A stretch of DNA of 64,000 bases from an uncultured Thermoleophilia bacterium. Its GTDB lineage: Bacteria > Actinomycetota > Thermoleophilia > UBA2241. Below, piece by piece: positions 8,552-17,189 of this stretch. The stretch covers positions 58,745 through 122,744 of the forward strand of contig CAVVTV010000025.1 in NCBI GenBank assembly GCA_963751215.1, read 5' to 3'. The first letter of the stretch is position 1; every line of letters starts with the position of its first letter. A model generated the notes under the pieces. The model was not told the origin of the DNA and ran no database searches. It saw nothing but the letters and a program-made list of their open reading frames with translations. Both the position numbers and the translations under genes were made by a program.

Positions 8552-10084
8552 ATGACCGGGCTCCGCGACCCGCGAGGCGACTTGCGAGGCGACGCGCCGG
8601 CGACGGCCGCGGCCGTGCTGCCCGAGACGTACACGCTGCTGCCCCCCGAGCCATCCCCGGCGCGCCCAACCACGGGCGTGCGACGCTGGGCCCTGGTGGT
8701 GCTGGCCGCGACGCTCGTGTTCGTGGTGTGGACGAGCGCCCTGTCCGTGCAGCGCCAGAACGACTACCGCACCTATCGCAACGACCTCGGCAACATGGTG
8801 CAGACGGTCTACCTGACGGCCCACGGCCATCTGCTCGAGATGACGTCCAGCGAGGGCCTGCAGATCTCGCGCCTCGGGTCACACGTGGATCCCATCCTCG
8901 CACTCTTCGCCCTGCCGTGGCTACTGTGGCCCAGCGCATCCATGCTGCTCATCGCGCAGGCCGCCATCGTAGGCCTGGCGGCCTGGCCCGCCTACCGCCT
9001 CGGCCTGCGCGTCCTCGGTGACCCGGCGGCCGCTGCCCTCTGCGCCGTCGCACTACTCCTCTACCCTCCGCTGCAGTTCGCGGTGCTCGACGAGTTCCAC
9101 CCGGTGACCCTGGCGGTGCCCTTCCTGCTGTTCGCCTTCGTAGCACTGGAAGAAGATCACCGTTGGCGGGCGCTGCCGTTCCTGGTGCTGGCGGCCCTCT
9201 GCAAAGAAGACATCCCGCTGATCATCGCCGTGCTGGGCGCCTACTTCGCGCTGCGCAAGCGTGCACTGTGGCCGCTGCTCATAAGCGCCGGCGCCCTCGC
9301 CTACTTCGCCGTCGCCGCCGGCGTCGTGATCCCGCACTACAGCCACGCGGCGAGCGCTTTCCTGGCGCGCTACGCGAGCGGCGAGTCCAGCATGAGCGCC
9401 CTCGCCTGGAGCCTGCTCGCACATCCCTGGAGGGCCGTTACCTGCCTGCTCGACCCCTCGGGTCTCAGGTACCTCGGCGACCTGCTCTGGCCGTTCGCCT
9501 TCACCTCGCTCATCAGCCCGCTCACGGCGCTCATCTCGCTGCCCGAGCTGCTGATCAACTGCCTCTCGAGCAAGGCGCAGCAGCACTCCGTCGCCTACCA
9601 CTACGTGGCTGCCGAGGTCCCCTTCCTGTTCGCCGCCACGGTCCTGGGTGTGGCCCATGTGGGCCGCTGGGCGGGCAGGCGAGGCTGGGCCGCCGCTCAC
9701 GAGGCGCCGCGCCTTCGCTCCCTGGCGAGCGTCGTGGTCGTCGTGGCCCTGCTGGCCACTCTCACCGTGGGGCCGCTCTCGGGTGCCCGCAGGGGTTGGG
9801 GTCTGGTGCGCTCGCCCGAGCACAGGGCGCTCCTCAACCGGGCGGTGGCGATGGTGCCGGCGGGCGTGAGCGTCTCGGCCGACAGCGCGCTGGGCGCCCA
9901 TCTCTCGGCCAGACCGCGGATCTACATCTTTCCGGTGCTGCGCGATGCGCAGTATGTGCTGCTCGACAGCGAAGGCCGCTACGGGGCGCAGCGCACGCGC
10001 GCCCTCAGCCGGCTGCGCCGCGACTCAGACTACAGGGTACTCTTCGCTCAGGATGGGGTGATGCTCTTCGAGAGGGTGCGGTAG
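8552..10084 (+). CDS. DUF2079-family polytopic membrane protein (GT-C-like)
   Basis: 510 aa, many TMs; ...YRTYRNDLGNMVQTVYLTAHGHLLEMTS...LGSHVDPILALFALPWLLWP... resembles DUF2079 as I recall it. Start uncertain (several in-frame alternatives before the first TM). Confidence 0.7.
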   Translation: MTGLRDPRGDLRGDAPATAAAVLPETYTLLPPEPSPARPTTGVRRWALVVLAATLVFVVWTSALSVQRQNDYRTYRNDLGNMVQTVYLTAHGHLLEMTSSEGLQISRLGSHVDPILALFALPWLLWPSASMLLIAQAAIVGLAAWPAYRLGLRVLGDPAAAALCAVALLLYPPLQFAVLDEFHPVTLAVPFLLFAFVALEEDHRWRALPFLVLAALCKEDIPLIIAVLGAYFALRKRALWPLLISAGALAYFAVAAGVVIPHYSHAASAFLARYASGESSMSALAWSLLAHPWRAVTCLLDPSGLRYLGDLLWPFAFTSLISPLTALISLPELLINCLSSKAQQHSVAYHYVAAEVPFLFAATVLGVAHVGRWAGRRGWAAAHEAPRLRSLASVVVVVALLATLTVGPLSGARRGWGLVRSPEHRALLNRAVAMVPAGVSVSADSALGAHLSARPRIYIFPVLRDAQYVLLDSEGRYGAQRTRALSRLRRDSDYRVLFAQDGVMLFERVR

Positions 10085-10111
10085 GCGACGCGGCTCGGTG
10101 GGCGACGCGGC

Positions 10112-10720
10112 TCACCAGGTCTCGTAACGACCCGCGCCCTTGCGATACTCCTTGACTTTCTGACCCATCCCCTCGGCGATCGTCATGATCTTGCAGGTCA
10201 TCTCGAAGACGCTGGTGAGCTGGTAGGCCTCTTCGAGCAAGTGACCGATGGCGAACGGGCCGTGGCCGCGGAGCATGACGAGGTCGTACTCCTTTAGCCA
10301 TCCGGGCAGCAGGTCGGCGACCTGCTTGGACCCGGCCGTGAGCTCGGTGGCGACCACCGGCACCTTGTGCAGCAGATAGGAACCCTCGCTGTCGACGGGC
10401 ACGATCTCGTCGCACACCAGCGAGCGCGCGATGGCGTAGGGCGGATGCGTGTGCACGATGGCTTGCGCCGCGGTTCCCTGGTAGATGGCCCGGTGCACGC
10501 CGATCTCGGTGGAGGCCAGCATCACGTTGCTGTCGTTCTCCTCCAAACCCGTCTCGATGATGTCGCGCCCCTCGAGGCGCGCCAGCATGGAGCCGCGTCG
10601 AGTGATGATGATGCGGTCGCCCATGCGTACGCTCAGGTTGCCGCCGTGCGAGCTGATCACGCCGGCCAGGAAGAGGTCGCGACCGACCTGCTGAAACTGG
10701 TCGAGAACGGCGGAGCTCAT
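10112..10720 (-). CDS. Class II aldolase/adducin-family protein (fuculose-1-P aldolase / MtnB-like)
   Basis: 202 aa; ...SSHGGNLSVRMGDRIIITRRGS..., ...GVHRAIYQ...AIVHTHPPYA...; ATGA overlap with the AOR stop. Confidence 0.85.
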   Translation of the reverse strand: MSSAVLDQFQQVGRDLFLAGVISSHGGNLSVRMGDRIIITRRGSMLARLEGRDIIETGLEENDSNVMLASTEIGVHRAIYQGTAAQAIVHTHPPYAIARSLVCDEIVPVDSEGSYLLHKVPVVATELTAGSKQVADLLPGWLKEYDLVMLRGHGPFAIGHLLEEAYQLTSVFEMTCKIMTIAEGMGQKVKEYRKGAGRYETW

Positions 10721-12573
10721 GGGGTGACGGGCGGCACGCCGATGACGGGCGGCGCGGCGGCGGGCAGTACGGCGGCGGGCGACCCCAAGCCGAGCCGCTC
10801 GAGCTTGACCGCCGAAGGCTTCCCGCCGGCGTCCCAGCCACGCGAGATGTAGTACTCGTCGAGCATCGGAGGCAAGTCTACTACGTTGCCGGCCGACGGT
10901 CCGGCGGGCACCGGTTCGTGCAGGAGCCGGGACGGCAGCGTGTCGTCGTCGCGTGTGAAGCCGGCCGCCAGGTTGAAGAGCCTCTCGGCATTCCAGATGC
11001 GCTCACCCAGCTGCAGCAACTCCTGCGGCTCCACCGTCTCGCCCCACACGGCGCTGAGCAGCCGGGCGTAATAGTCCTCCTTCATGGCGAACGCGGTGAA
11101 CTTGCACACGCTGAGCGAGTCGAGCACGGCATTCAGGTTCTGCAGATTGATGAGCAGGCCGGCCTTACCCAGCGTGGCGAAGCGGTCGACCATCTTGGGC
11201 ACCCCGAGGATCTCGGGTCCAAGCATGTTGGCGCGCAGATGGCAGCCGCCCCGGTTGCTGGTGGCAAACGCCAAGCCCTGGGCCTTCATGCCCCGCGGGT
11301 CGTAGGCCGGCAGCTCCAGGCTCTTCACGCTCATGCTGAGCTCGGGCCGGCCGTGCAAGGCGGCGAAGCGCGCCGAGCCCAGGCCCAGCTCGGCGCCCAG
11401 GCCTTCGCCGGCCGCCGTGGCGTTGGCCAGCCGCACGAGGGCGCTGGCATCGCCGAAGCGCGGGCCGTCGGGCAGCAGGCCTTCGTCGCTGAGCTCCATC
11501 GCGCAGGCGATGGTGGAGCCCATCGTGATGGTGTCCATGCCGGCGCGGTTGCAGGCGTAGTTGGCCTGCACGATGGCGGTGAGGTCGCCCACGCCACAAT
11601 CGCCGCCGAGGGCCCATATGCTCTCGTATTCGGGTCCCTCGCCGCTCTCCCCGCCGGCCGTGGTGCGGCGGGCGCAGCCGATCACACAGCCGCGGCAGGC
11701 AGAACGCTTCTGCACGTGCTCGCGTTTGAGCATCTCGCCGCTGATGTCGGCGGCCCGTTCGAACTGGCTCTCACGGTAGTTGCGCGTGGGAAAGGCGCCC
11801 GCCTGGTTCAGCACGTTGACGAGCACCGAGGTGCCAAACTCGGGCAGCGCCTGCGAGGTGATGGGATTCGACTTGAGCAGCTTCTCGGCCTCGTAGACGA
11901 TGAACTCCAGGCGCTCGGGGTCGGCGACCACAGGACGGTGCGTGCCGTTGCCGGCCACCACCACAGCCTTGAGCTGCTTGGCGCCCATCACGGCGCCCAA
12001 GCCGCCCCGGCCGATCGACCGGCCGCGGTTATTGACGACGCTGGCGAACAGCACGCCGCGTTCACCGGCCGGGCCGATGACGGCGGCCTCGCTGCCGGGG
12101 TGCAGCTCGCGCAGGCGCGTGAGCGACGACGGCACGTCCAGGCCCCAGAGACCGCCGGCGTCGTGCCAGGCCGCTCCCTCGGCAGAGATCGTCACATACC
12201 CGGGCGACTCTAGGGCCCCGCCGACGATCAGGTAGTCGTAGCCGAGGCGCCGGAAGGCATTGCCCCAGTTGCCGCCGGAGTTGCCGTCAAACACGGTGCC
12301 GGTGAGTGGCGAGCGACTGGTAACGCTGTAGCGGCCGCTGGCCGGCGCCGGCGTACCCGTGAGCGGGCCGGGGGCGAACACCAGGATGTTGGCGGGTGAG
12401 AGCGGCTCCACTTCGTACAGCCGCTCCCTGAGCGCGATGTAGGCGCCCAAGCCGCGGCCACCGAGATAGGTGCGCGCTACGTCGCGCGGCAGCTCTTCCT
12501 CGGTGAAGGTGTGAGCCGAGAGGTCGATACGCAGGCCGCGCAGCGGCGCCAGGGCTGAAACGGGAGTCGCCAT
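10717..12573 (-). CDS. aor: Aldehyde:ferredoxin oxidoreductase (tungsten/pterin AOR family)
   Basis: Track ORF 10717..12759 trimmed to ATG 12573 (MATPVSALAPLRGLRIDLSAHTF...YLGGRGLGAYI...). Typical AOR N-terminal and C-terminal domains (…CRGCVIGC…, …GGCHLR…). 618 aa. Confidence 0.9.
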   Translation of the reverse strand: MATPVSALAPLRGLRIDLSAHTFTEEELPRDVARTYLGGRGLGAYIALRERLYEVEPLSPANILVFAPGPLTGTPAPASGRYSVTSRSPLTGTVFDGNSGGNWGNAFRRLGYDYLIVGGALESPGYVTISAEGAAWHDAGGLWGLDVPSSLTRLRELHPGSEAAVIGPAGERGVLFASVVNNRGRSIGRGGLGAVMGAKQLKAVVVAGNGTHRPVVADPERLEFIVYEAEKLLKSNPITSQALPEFGTSVLVNVLNQAGAFPTRNYRESQFERAADISGEMLKREHVQKRSACRGCVIGCARRTTAGGESGEGPEYESIWALGGDCGVGDLTAIVQANYACNRAGMDTITMGSTIACAMELSDEGLLPDGPRFGDASALVRLANATAAGEGLGAELGLGSARFAALHGRPELSMSVKSLELPAYDPRGMKAQGLAFATSNRGGCHLRANMLGPEILGVPKMVDRFATLGKAGLLINLQNLNAVLDSLSVCKFTAFAMKEDYYARLLSAVWGETVEPQELLQLGERIWNAERLFNLAAGFTRDDDTLPSRLLHEPVPAGPSAGNVVDLPPMLDEYYISRGWDAGGKPSAVKLERLGLGSPAAVLPAAAPPVIGVPPVTP

Positions 12574-12579
12574 GTCTCG

Positions 12580-12585
12580 ATTATA
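12580..12585 (-). promoter_or_regulatory. Perfect -10 box TATAAT, 6 nt upstream of the AOR ATG (predicted leaderless mRNA)
   Basis: Minus strand gcgcTATAATcgagacATGgcg; a consensus hexamer is conspicuous in GC-rich DNA; no SD. Confidence 0.45.
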
Positions 12586-12645
12586 GCGCCGGCCGGCGCC
12601 GCCGCGGACGCAAGCCGCCGGCGGCGAGACATCGCGAGTCCGCTG

Positions 12646-12809
12646 AGAGCCTATCCCGGTGGGGATGTGCGACCGGGGTGTTCGTGGGCCGAGGGGGACG
12701 GTTCCGAGACGGCTCCCTCGTAGCCGAGCTACGTGGGAGCCGGGGAGGGGCCGCACCACGATGTGCCCACGGGCACATCCGGGCGTGCAGACCTGCCGGG
12801 ATAGGCTCT
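12646..12809. repeat. 164-bp imperfect palindromic intergenic element with 14-bp terminal inverted repeats (REP/MITE-like or structured RNA)
   Basis: AGAGCCTATCCCGG at 12646-12659 and its exact reverse complement at 12796-12809. Central hairpin 12711-12741 (ggctccc-t-cgtagc-cga-gctacg-t-gggagcc). Arm hairpin gatgtgcc-cacg-ggcacatc at 12760-12779. The right arm is 42/45 identical to 22212-22256. Confidence 0.8.
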
Positions 12810-12828
12810 ACACCACGGAGCCCGGGGA

Positions 12829-14226
12829 TCAGAGTGCCGTGCGCTTGTCGACCACGCGCACCGCCTTGCCCTCGGAGCGCTGGATCGCCTTGGGCTCCTT
12901 GAGCTTCACGGCCACCTGGATGTTGAGCACGTTGTAGATCTGCGCCTGCACCTTACGCTGGAAGCGCTCCAGGTCGCCCATCGTCTCTGCGAACACGTCT
13001 TCGCCCACCTCGACCCACACCTCGATCACGTCCAGGTATCCCTTGCGGTCGACCAGGATCTGATAGTGCGGCTCTATCTCGGGGATGCTCATGAGCACCT
13101 CCTCGATCTGGCTGGGAAACACATTGACGCCCCTGATGATGAGCATGTCGTCGCTGCGCCCGATGGGCTTGCTCATGCGCGCCGACGTACGGCCGCAGGC
13201 ACAAGGCTCGGAGGTGAGGCTGCAGAGATCGCGGGTGCGGTAGCGGATCAGCGGCTGGGCCTCGCGCGACAGCGTGGTGAACACCAGCTCGCCCACCTCG
13301 CCCTCGGGCAGCGGCTGCAGCGTGTCCGGGTCGATGATCTCGGCCAGGTAGTGGTCTTCGTTCACGTGCATGCCGGCCTTGCAGAGGCACTCGAACGACA
13401 CGCCGGGGCCGCCCATCTCGGAGAGCCCGTAGATGTCGAGCGCATCGATGCCCAGGGCGGCCTCAATTTGCCGGCGCAGCTCGTTGGTCCAGGGCTCGGC
13501 GCCGTGGAAGCCCACCCGTAGGGGCAAGTCTTCGGGCCGCAGGCCGCGGTCGCGAGCGGCGTCGCCGAGATACATGGCGTACGACGGCGTGCAGCTCAGC
13601 GCGGTGGCGCCAAAGTCACGCATGATCTTGAGCTGGCGCTCGGTGTTACCGCCGCTGATGGGCACCACGGTGCAGCCCAGGCGCTCGGCGCCGAAGTGCA
13701 GGCCGAGGCCACCGGTGAACAGGCCGTAGCCGTAGGCGTTCTGCAGCAGGTCGCCGGGCTTCAGGCCGCCGGCCGCCAGGGTACGGGCGATGAGGTCGCC
13801 CCACGTGTCGATGTCGGCGCGGGTGTAGCCCACGGTGGTGGGATTGCCCGTGGTGCCCGACGAGGCGTGCACGCGCACCACCTGGTCGCGCGGCCGCGCG
13901 AACATGCCGAAGGGGTAGTGATCGCGCAGGTCGATCTTGGTAGTGAAGGGCAGGTCGGCGACATCGCCGTGACAGCTCACGTCACTGGGCTTGATGCCCG
14001 CCTCGTCGAGCTTCTTGCGATAGAAGGGCACGTTGTCGTAGGCGTTCTGCAGGGTCGCCCGCAGGCGCTCCATCTGCAGCTGGCCGAGGGCCTGCGTGGG
14101 CAAGGTCTCGGCGGCCGGCTGCCACAGGAGGCCTCCGGCTTGATCGGCAACGAGGTGCTCCTCGGATACGGCGCAGGGCGGTGCCTCTGCGCTGCCCCGC
14201 CCGCTAGCTGGCCGGCGGCTGTTCAT
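12829..14226 (-). CDS. paaK: Phenylacetate-CoA ligase family (aryl-acetate/CoA ligase)
   Basis: Track ORF 12829..14793 trimmed to ATG 14226 (MNSRRP...), ATGA-type overlap with the ACT gene stop. ...NVPFYRKKLDEAGI..., ...VHASSGTTGNPTTVGYT..., ...YGLSEMGGPGV..., ...SDDMLIIRGVNVFPSQIE... Confidence 0.9.
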   Translation of the reverse strand: MNSRRPASGRGSAEAPPCAVSEEHLVADQAGGLLWQPAAETLPTQALGQLQMERLRATLQNAYDNVPFYRKKLDEAGIKPSDVSCHGDVADLPFTTKIDLRDHYPFGMFARPRDQVVRVHASSGTTGNPTTVGYTRADIDTWGDLIARTLAAGGLKPGDLLQNAYGYGLFTGGLGLHFGAERLGCTVVPISGGNTERQLKIMRDFGATALSCTPSYAMYLGDAARDRGLRPEDLPLRVGFHGAEPWTNELRRQIEAALGIDALDIYGLSEMGGPGVSFECLCKAGMHVNEDHYLAEIIDPDTLQPLPEGEVGELVFTTLSREAQPLIRYRTRDLCSLTSEPCACGRTSARMSKPIGRSDDMLIIRGVNVFPSQIEEVLMSIPEIEPHYQILVDRKGYLDVIEVWVEVGEDVFAETMGDLERFQRKVQAQIYNVLNIQVAVKLKEPKAIQRSEGKAVRVVDKRTAL

Positions 14227-14636
14227 AGGGCACGCACCTCCTCGTCGCTCAGCAATCTCACCTTGCCGGCCAGCAGCGCGACGGCGCGGTCGATGTCGCG
14301 CAGCGCAAAGCAGATGTTCTGAAATGAGATGCTGTACAGGTAGTCGATGGAGACGCCGGCGGCGGCCACCTCGTCCAGCACCCGTGCGAGCCCGCCCGGC
14401 TGATCGGGCACTTTGACGCAGATGACCTGCGAGAAGTGCGTCGTGAAGCCCGCCTCGTGCAAGAGCTGTCGGGCGCCCTCGGGATCGGCCACGATAAGCC
14501 GCACGATGCCATACTCGGCCGCCTCGGTGGTAGAGAACCCACGGATGTTGATGCCCGCCTTGCCGAGGATATCGGCAACCTCGGCCAGACGCCCGCTGCG
14601 GTTCTCGAGAAACACGGTGAGCTGCGTAACCTTCAC
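14223..14636 (-). CDS. ACT-domain protein (tandem ACT, amino-acid-binding type)
   Basis: 137 aa; MKVTQLTVFLENRSGRLAEVADILGKAGINIRGF...VKVPDQPGGLARVLDEVAAAGVSIDYLY; the usual partner in ior-paaK clusters. Confidence 0.85.
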   Translation of the reverse strand: MKVTQLTVFLENRSGRLAEVADILGKAGINIRGFSTTEAAEYGIVRLIVADPEGARQLLHEAGFTTHFSQVICVKVPDQPGGLARVLDEVAAAGVSIDYLYSISFQNICFALRDIDRAVALLAGKVRLLSDEEVRAL

Positions 14637-15229
14637 GGCGCGACCTCCTCGCTGCTGACGGCGTCGCGACCCAGAGCGAACGCCCGCTCGTTGACGGCGA
14701 GGATCCTGGCGGGTACCGCGAGCGCGAGGCCGCGCCGCCAGGAATCCTCGCTGAATGGCAGAACCGCGCTGGCCGCCCCGAGGAGGGCCACATTCAAGGC
14801 CCGCGCCGTGCCCGCCTCACGGGCCAAACTCTCGGCGTCGACCGCGATGAGGCGCGCGCCGCGCGCCGCGGCGGCTTCGACCAGGTCGTCCGGGTACTCG
14901 TCCTCGTGGCGCAGCACGCTACCCGGAACGATGCGCGTGGTAACGGCACACACCACGGTGCCGTGCGGCCCCAGTAGATCGATAGCACGCCGGCCCTCGA
15001 GCAGCTCGGTGGCGATGACCAGGTCGGCGTGCCGGGCGACCGGCGACCACACGCGGCCGCCGAAGCGCACCGTGCTGAGCACGCTGCCGCCGCGCTGCGC
15101 CATTCCCTTGACCTCGCTGGACTTCACATCGAGGCCCTCGGCGGCGGCCGTCTCGGCCAGGATAGCGGCGGCCAGAAGGATGCCCTGACCGCCCACCCCG
15201 ACAAGCGAGACGGTGGTGGTGCCGTTCAT
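14633..15229 (-). CDS. iorB: Indolepyruvate:ferredoxin oxidoreductase subunit beta
   Basis: Track ORF trimmed to ATG 15229 (MNGTTTVSLVGVGGQGILLAA...KGMAQRGGSV...); ATGA overlap with the iorA stop. Confidence 0.9.
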   Translation of the reverse strand: MNGTTTVSLVGVGGQGILLAAAILAETAAAEGLDVKSSEVKGMAQRGGSVLSTVRFGGRVWSPVARHADLVIATELLEGRRAIDLLGPHGTVVCAVTTRIVPGSVLRHEDEYPDDLVEAAAARGARLIAVDAESLAREAGTARALNVALLGAASAVLPFSEDSWRRGLALAVPARILAVNERAFALGRDAVSSEEVAP

Positions 15230-17034
15230 GCGCCGTCCCTTCCGACGCCGCCCTGGTCGCCGCCGCCGGCGTAGCTGAGTGCGCCGCGCCGGCACACCTC
15301 TATGCACAGCCCGCAGCCGGTACACGTGTCGCCGATGCTCATCGCGATCTCGTCCGGCGCCAGAGCCGGGCAGCCGAGATCGAGGCACACCCCACAGAGG
15401 TTGCAGTTCTCCTCGTCTACGACGATCGTGCCGGCCGCGGCAGGCACCGCCAGCACGCACGGTGCCAGCGCCACGATCACGCCCAAGCCCGACGCCGCGA
15501 CCTCCGCCTTGATGGCCGCGTCGATCGCCTTGTGATCGGTTGCGTCGACCGTGTGGCAGCGCACGCTAAGGCCGTCGCAGAGCTCCTGGATGCTGACGGC
15601 GGGGCCCTGGCTGCGGTCGGCACGCACACCACTGCCGGGATGCCCCTGATGCCCGGTCATCGCCGTGGTGCGGTTGTCGAGAACGACGAGCAGCCCGTCG
15701 ACCTCGTTGTAGAGCGCGTCGACGAGCGGCGTGATGCCGGAGTGGAAGAAGGTAGAGTCGCCGATCACGGCGACGGCGGCCTTGCGGCCCAGAGCCTTGT
15801 TGAAGCCGGCCATCATACCCACGCTGGCGCCCATGCATAGACAGCTGTCGAGCGCCGACAGCGGAGGCAGCGCGCCCAGCGTGTAGCAGCCGATGTCGCC
15901 CATCGGAGCAAGCTTGCGGCGCCGCAGGGCGGCGAAGACCGAGCGATGCGCGCAACCGGGGCACAGCACCGGCGGGCGCCCCGGCAGACCGGCGACAGGT
16001 TCGGGCGGCGTGCTGATGCGCGGCGCCGGCGGCAGCACCGGCTGCCGGCGCCGCGGCGGCTTGCGCGACAGAGACGGCTCGAGGGCGCGAAAGACGATGT
16101 CCTGGTCAAGCTCGCCGTCGGCGGGGATGACCTCCTTGCCGATCACCGGGAGCCCCAAGGCACGCACCTGCTCCTCGATGAAAGGGTCGAGCTCTTCCAC
16201 CACGGCCAGCCGCGACACCTGCCGGTAGAGCCGCGCCACCTTACGGTACGGCAGCGGATGCGACATGCCGAGCTTGAGAAACCAGGCCTGGGGAAACGCC
16301 TCGCGCGCGTACGTGTAGGCGACCCCGGCGGAGATGATGCCGAGATCGGCCGTGCCCGCCTCGAGCACGTTGAGCGCCGACTCTTCGGCGCGCTGGCGCA
16401 GGCGCTGCAGCCGCTCGAGCACGAGGCGGTTACGCCGCCGCGCGTTCTGCGGCACCATCACATACTTGTCGATGTCGCGCTCATACTCGTGTGGCTCCAC
16501 CTCCACGGGCACGCGCGGAAGCACGCGGCCACGGCCGTGCGACAGACGGGTGGTGGTGCGCAGCAGCACCGGCGTGTCGAACTCCTCCGACAGGGCGAAG
16601 GCCTCGGCCATCAGGTCGTAGGCCTCTTGACTGTCCGACGGCTCGAGCATGGGGATCTTGGCGAACTTGGCGTACGTGCGGTTGTCTTGCTCGTTCTGCG
16701 AGGAGTGCATGCCCGGGTCGTCGGCGCTGATCACGACGAGGCCCGCGTTGACGCCCGTGAGCGAGAGCGTCATGAACGGATCGGCGGCCACGTTGAGACC
16801 CACATGCTTCATGGTGACGATGCTGCGTGCGCCGGCCAGCGAGGCGCCCACGGCGGTCTCTAACGCCACCTTCTCGTTGATACACCACTCCGCGTGTATA
16901 CCGTTGAGATGAGCGGCCGTCTCGAGGATCTCGGTGGACGGCGTGCCCGGGTAGCCACAGGCGAACTTCGCCCCGGCGCGCACGGCGCCGTGAGCGATGG
17001 CTTCGTTGCCAGAAAGGAAGAGAGATCGTTCCAC
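15226..17034 (-). CDS. iorA: Indolepyruvate:ferredoxin oxidoreductase subunit alpha (TPP, 2x[4Fe-4S])
   Basis: 602 aa, GTG start; ...LSGNEAIAHGAVRAGAKFACGYPGTPSTEI..., TPP region GDIGCYTLG...GDSTFFHSG, C-terminal CNLCGVCLDLGCP...CTGCGLCIEVC. Confidence 0.9.
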   Translation of the reverse strand: MERSLFLSGNEAIAHGAVRAGAKFACGYPGTPSTEILETAAHLNGIHAEWCINEKVALETAVGASLAGARSIVTMKHVGLNVAADPFMTLSLTGVNAGLVVISADDPGMHSSQNEQDNRTYAKFAKIPMLEPSDSQEAYDLMAEAFALSEEFDTPVLLRTTTRLSHGRGRVLPRVPVEVEPHEYERDIDKYVMVPQNARRRNRLVLERLQRLRQRAEESALNVLEAGTADLGIISAGVAYTYAREAFPQAWFLKLGMSHPLPYRKVARLYRQVSRLAVVEELDPFIEEQVRALGLPVIGKEVIPADGELDQDIVFRALEPSLSRKPPRRRQPVLPPAPRISTPPEPVAGLPGRPPVLCPGCAHRSVFAALRRRKLAPMGDIGCYTLGALPPLSALDSCLCMGASVGMMAGFNKALGRKAAVAVIGDSTFFHSGITPLVDALYNEVDGLLVVLDNRTTAMTGHQGHPGSGVRADRSQGPAVSIQELCDGLSVRCHTVDATDHKAIDAAIKAEVAASGLGVIVALAPCVLAVPAAAGTIVVDEENCNLCGVCLDLGCPALAPDEIAMSIGDTCTGCGLCIEVCRRGALSYAGGGDQGGVGRDGA

Positions 17035-17043
17035 GGGTGATCG

Positions 17044-17049
17044 ATTCTA
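17044..17049 (-). promoter_or_regulatory. Putative -10 box TAGAAT, 9 nt upstream of the iorA GTG (very short leader)
   Basis: Minus strand gagcggTAGAATcgatcacccGTGgaa; no SD. Confidence 0.35.
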
Positions 17050-17189
17050 CCGCTCGCCCAGACCCCCGCGCCAGCAGGGAACAAACCCGAACCCTTAACT
17101 TGACGTTGAAGGATTCCCGCATCTGGAGGAGAATAGCGCCAGCATGCACGTGCATCCGTCACGAGACGCATGACCGGGGCGGCCCCGCG

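Noticed and set aside
12760-12779. A CRP/FNR-type site (TGTG-N8-CACA) within gatgtgcccacgggcacatc.
   Set aside because: Positions flanking the core do not match TGTGA/TCACA. The site is part of the larger repeat element and lies about 190 bp from the aor start. A hairpin within the repeat explains it better.
14227-14793. Long N-terminal extensions of track ORFs. Examples: paaK to 14793, aor to 12759, iorB to 15460, pncB to 32266, pirin to 48699, BlaI to 41533, and the giant gene to 55611.
   Set aside because: The extensions overlap upstream genes or are antisense to them, and they are Arg-rich junk. Conserved family N-termini begin at internal ATG/GTG codons that show stop/start overlaps, SD sequences or -10 boxes.
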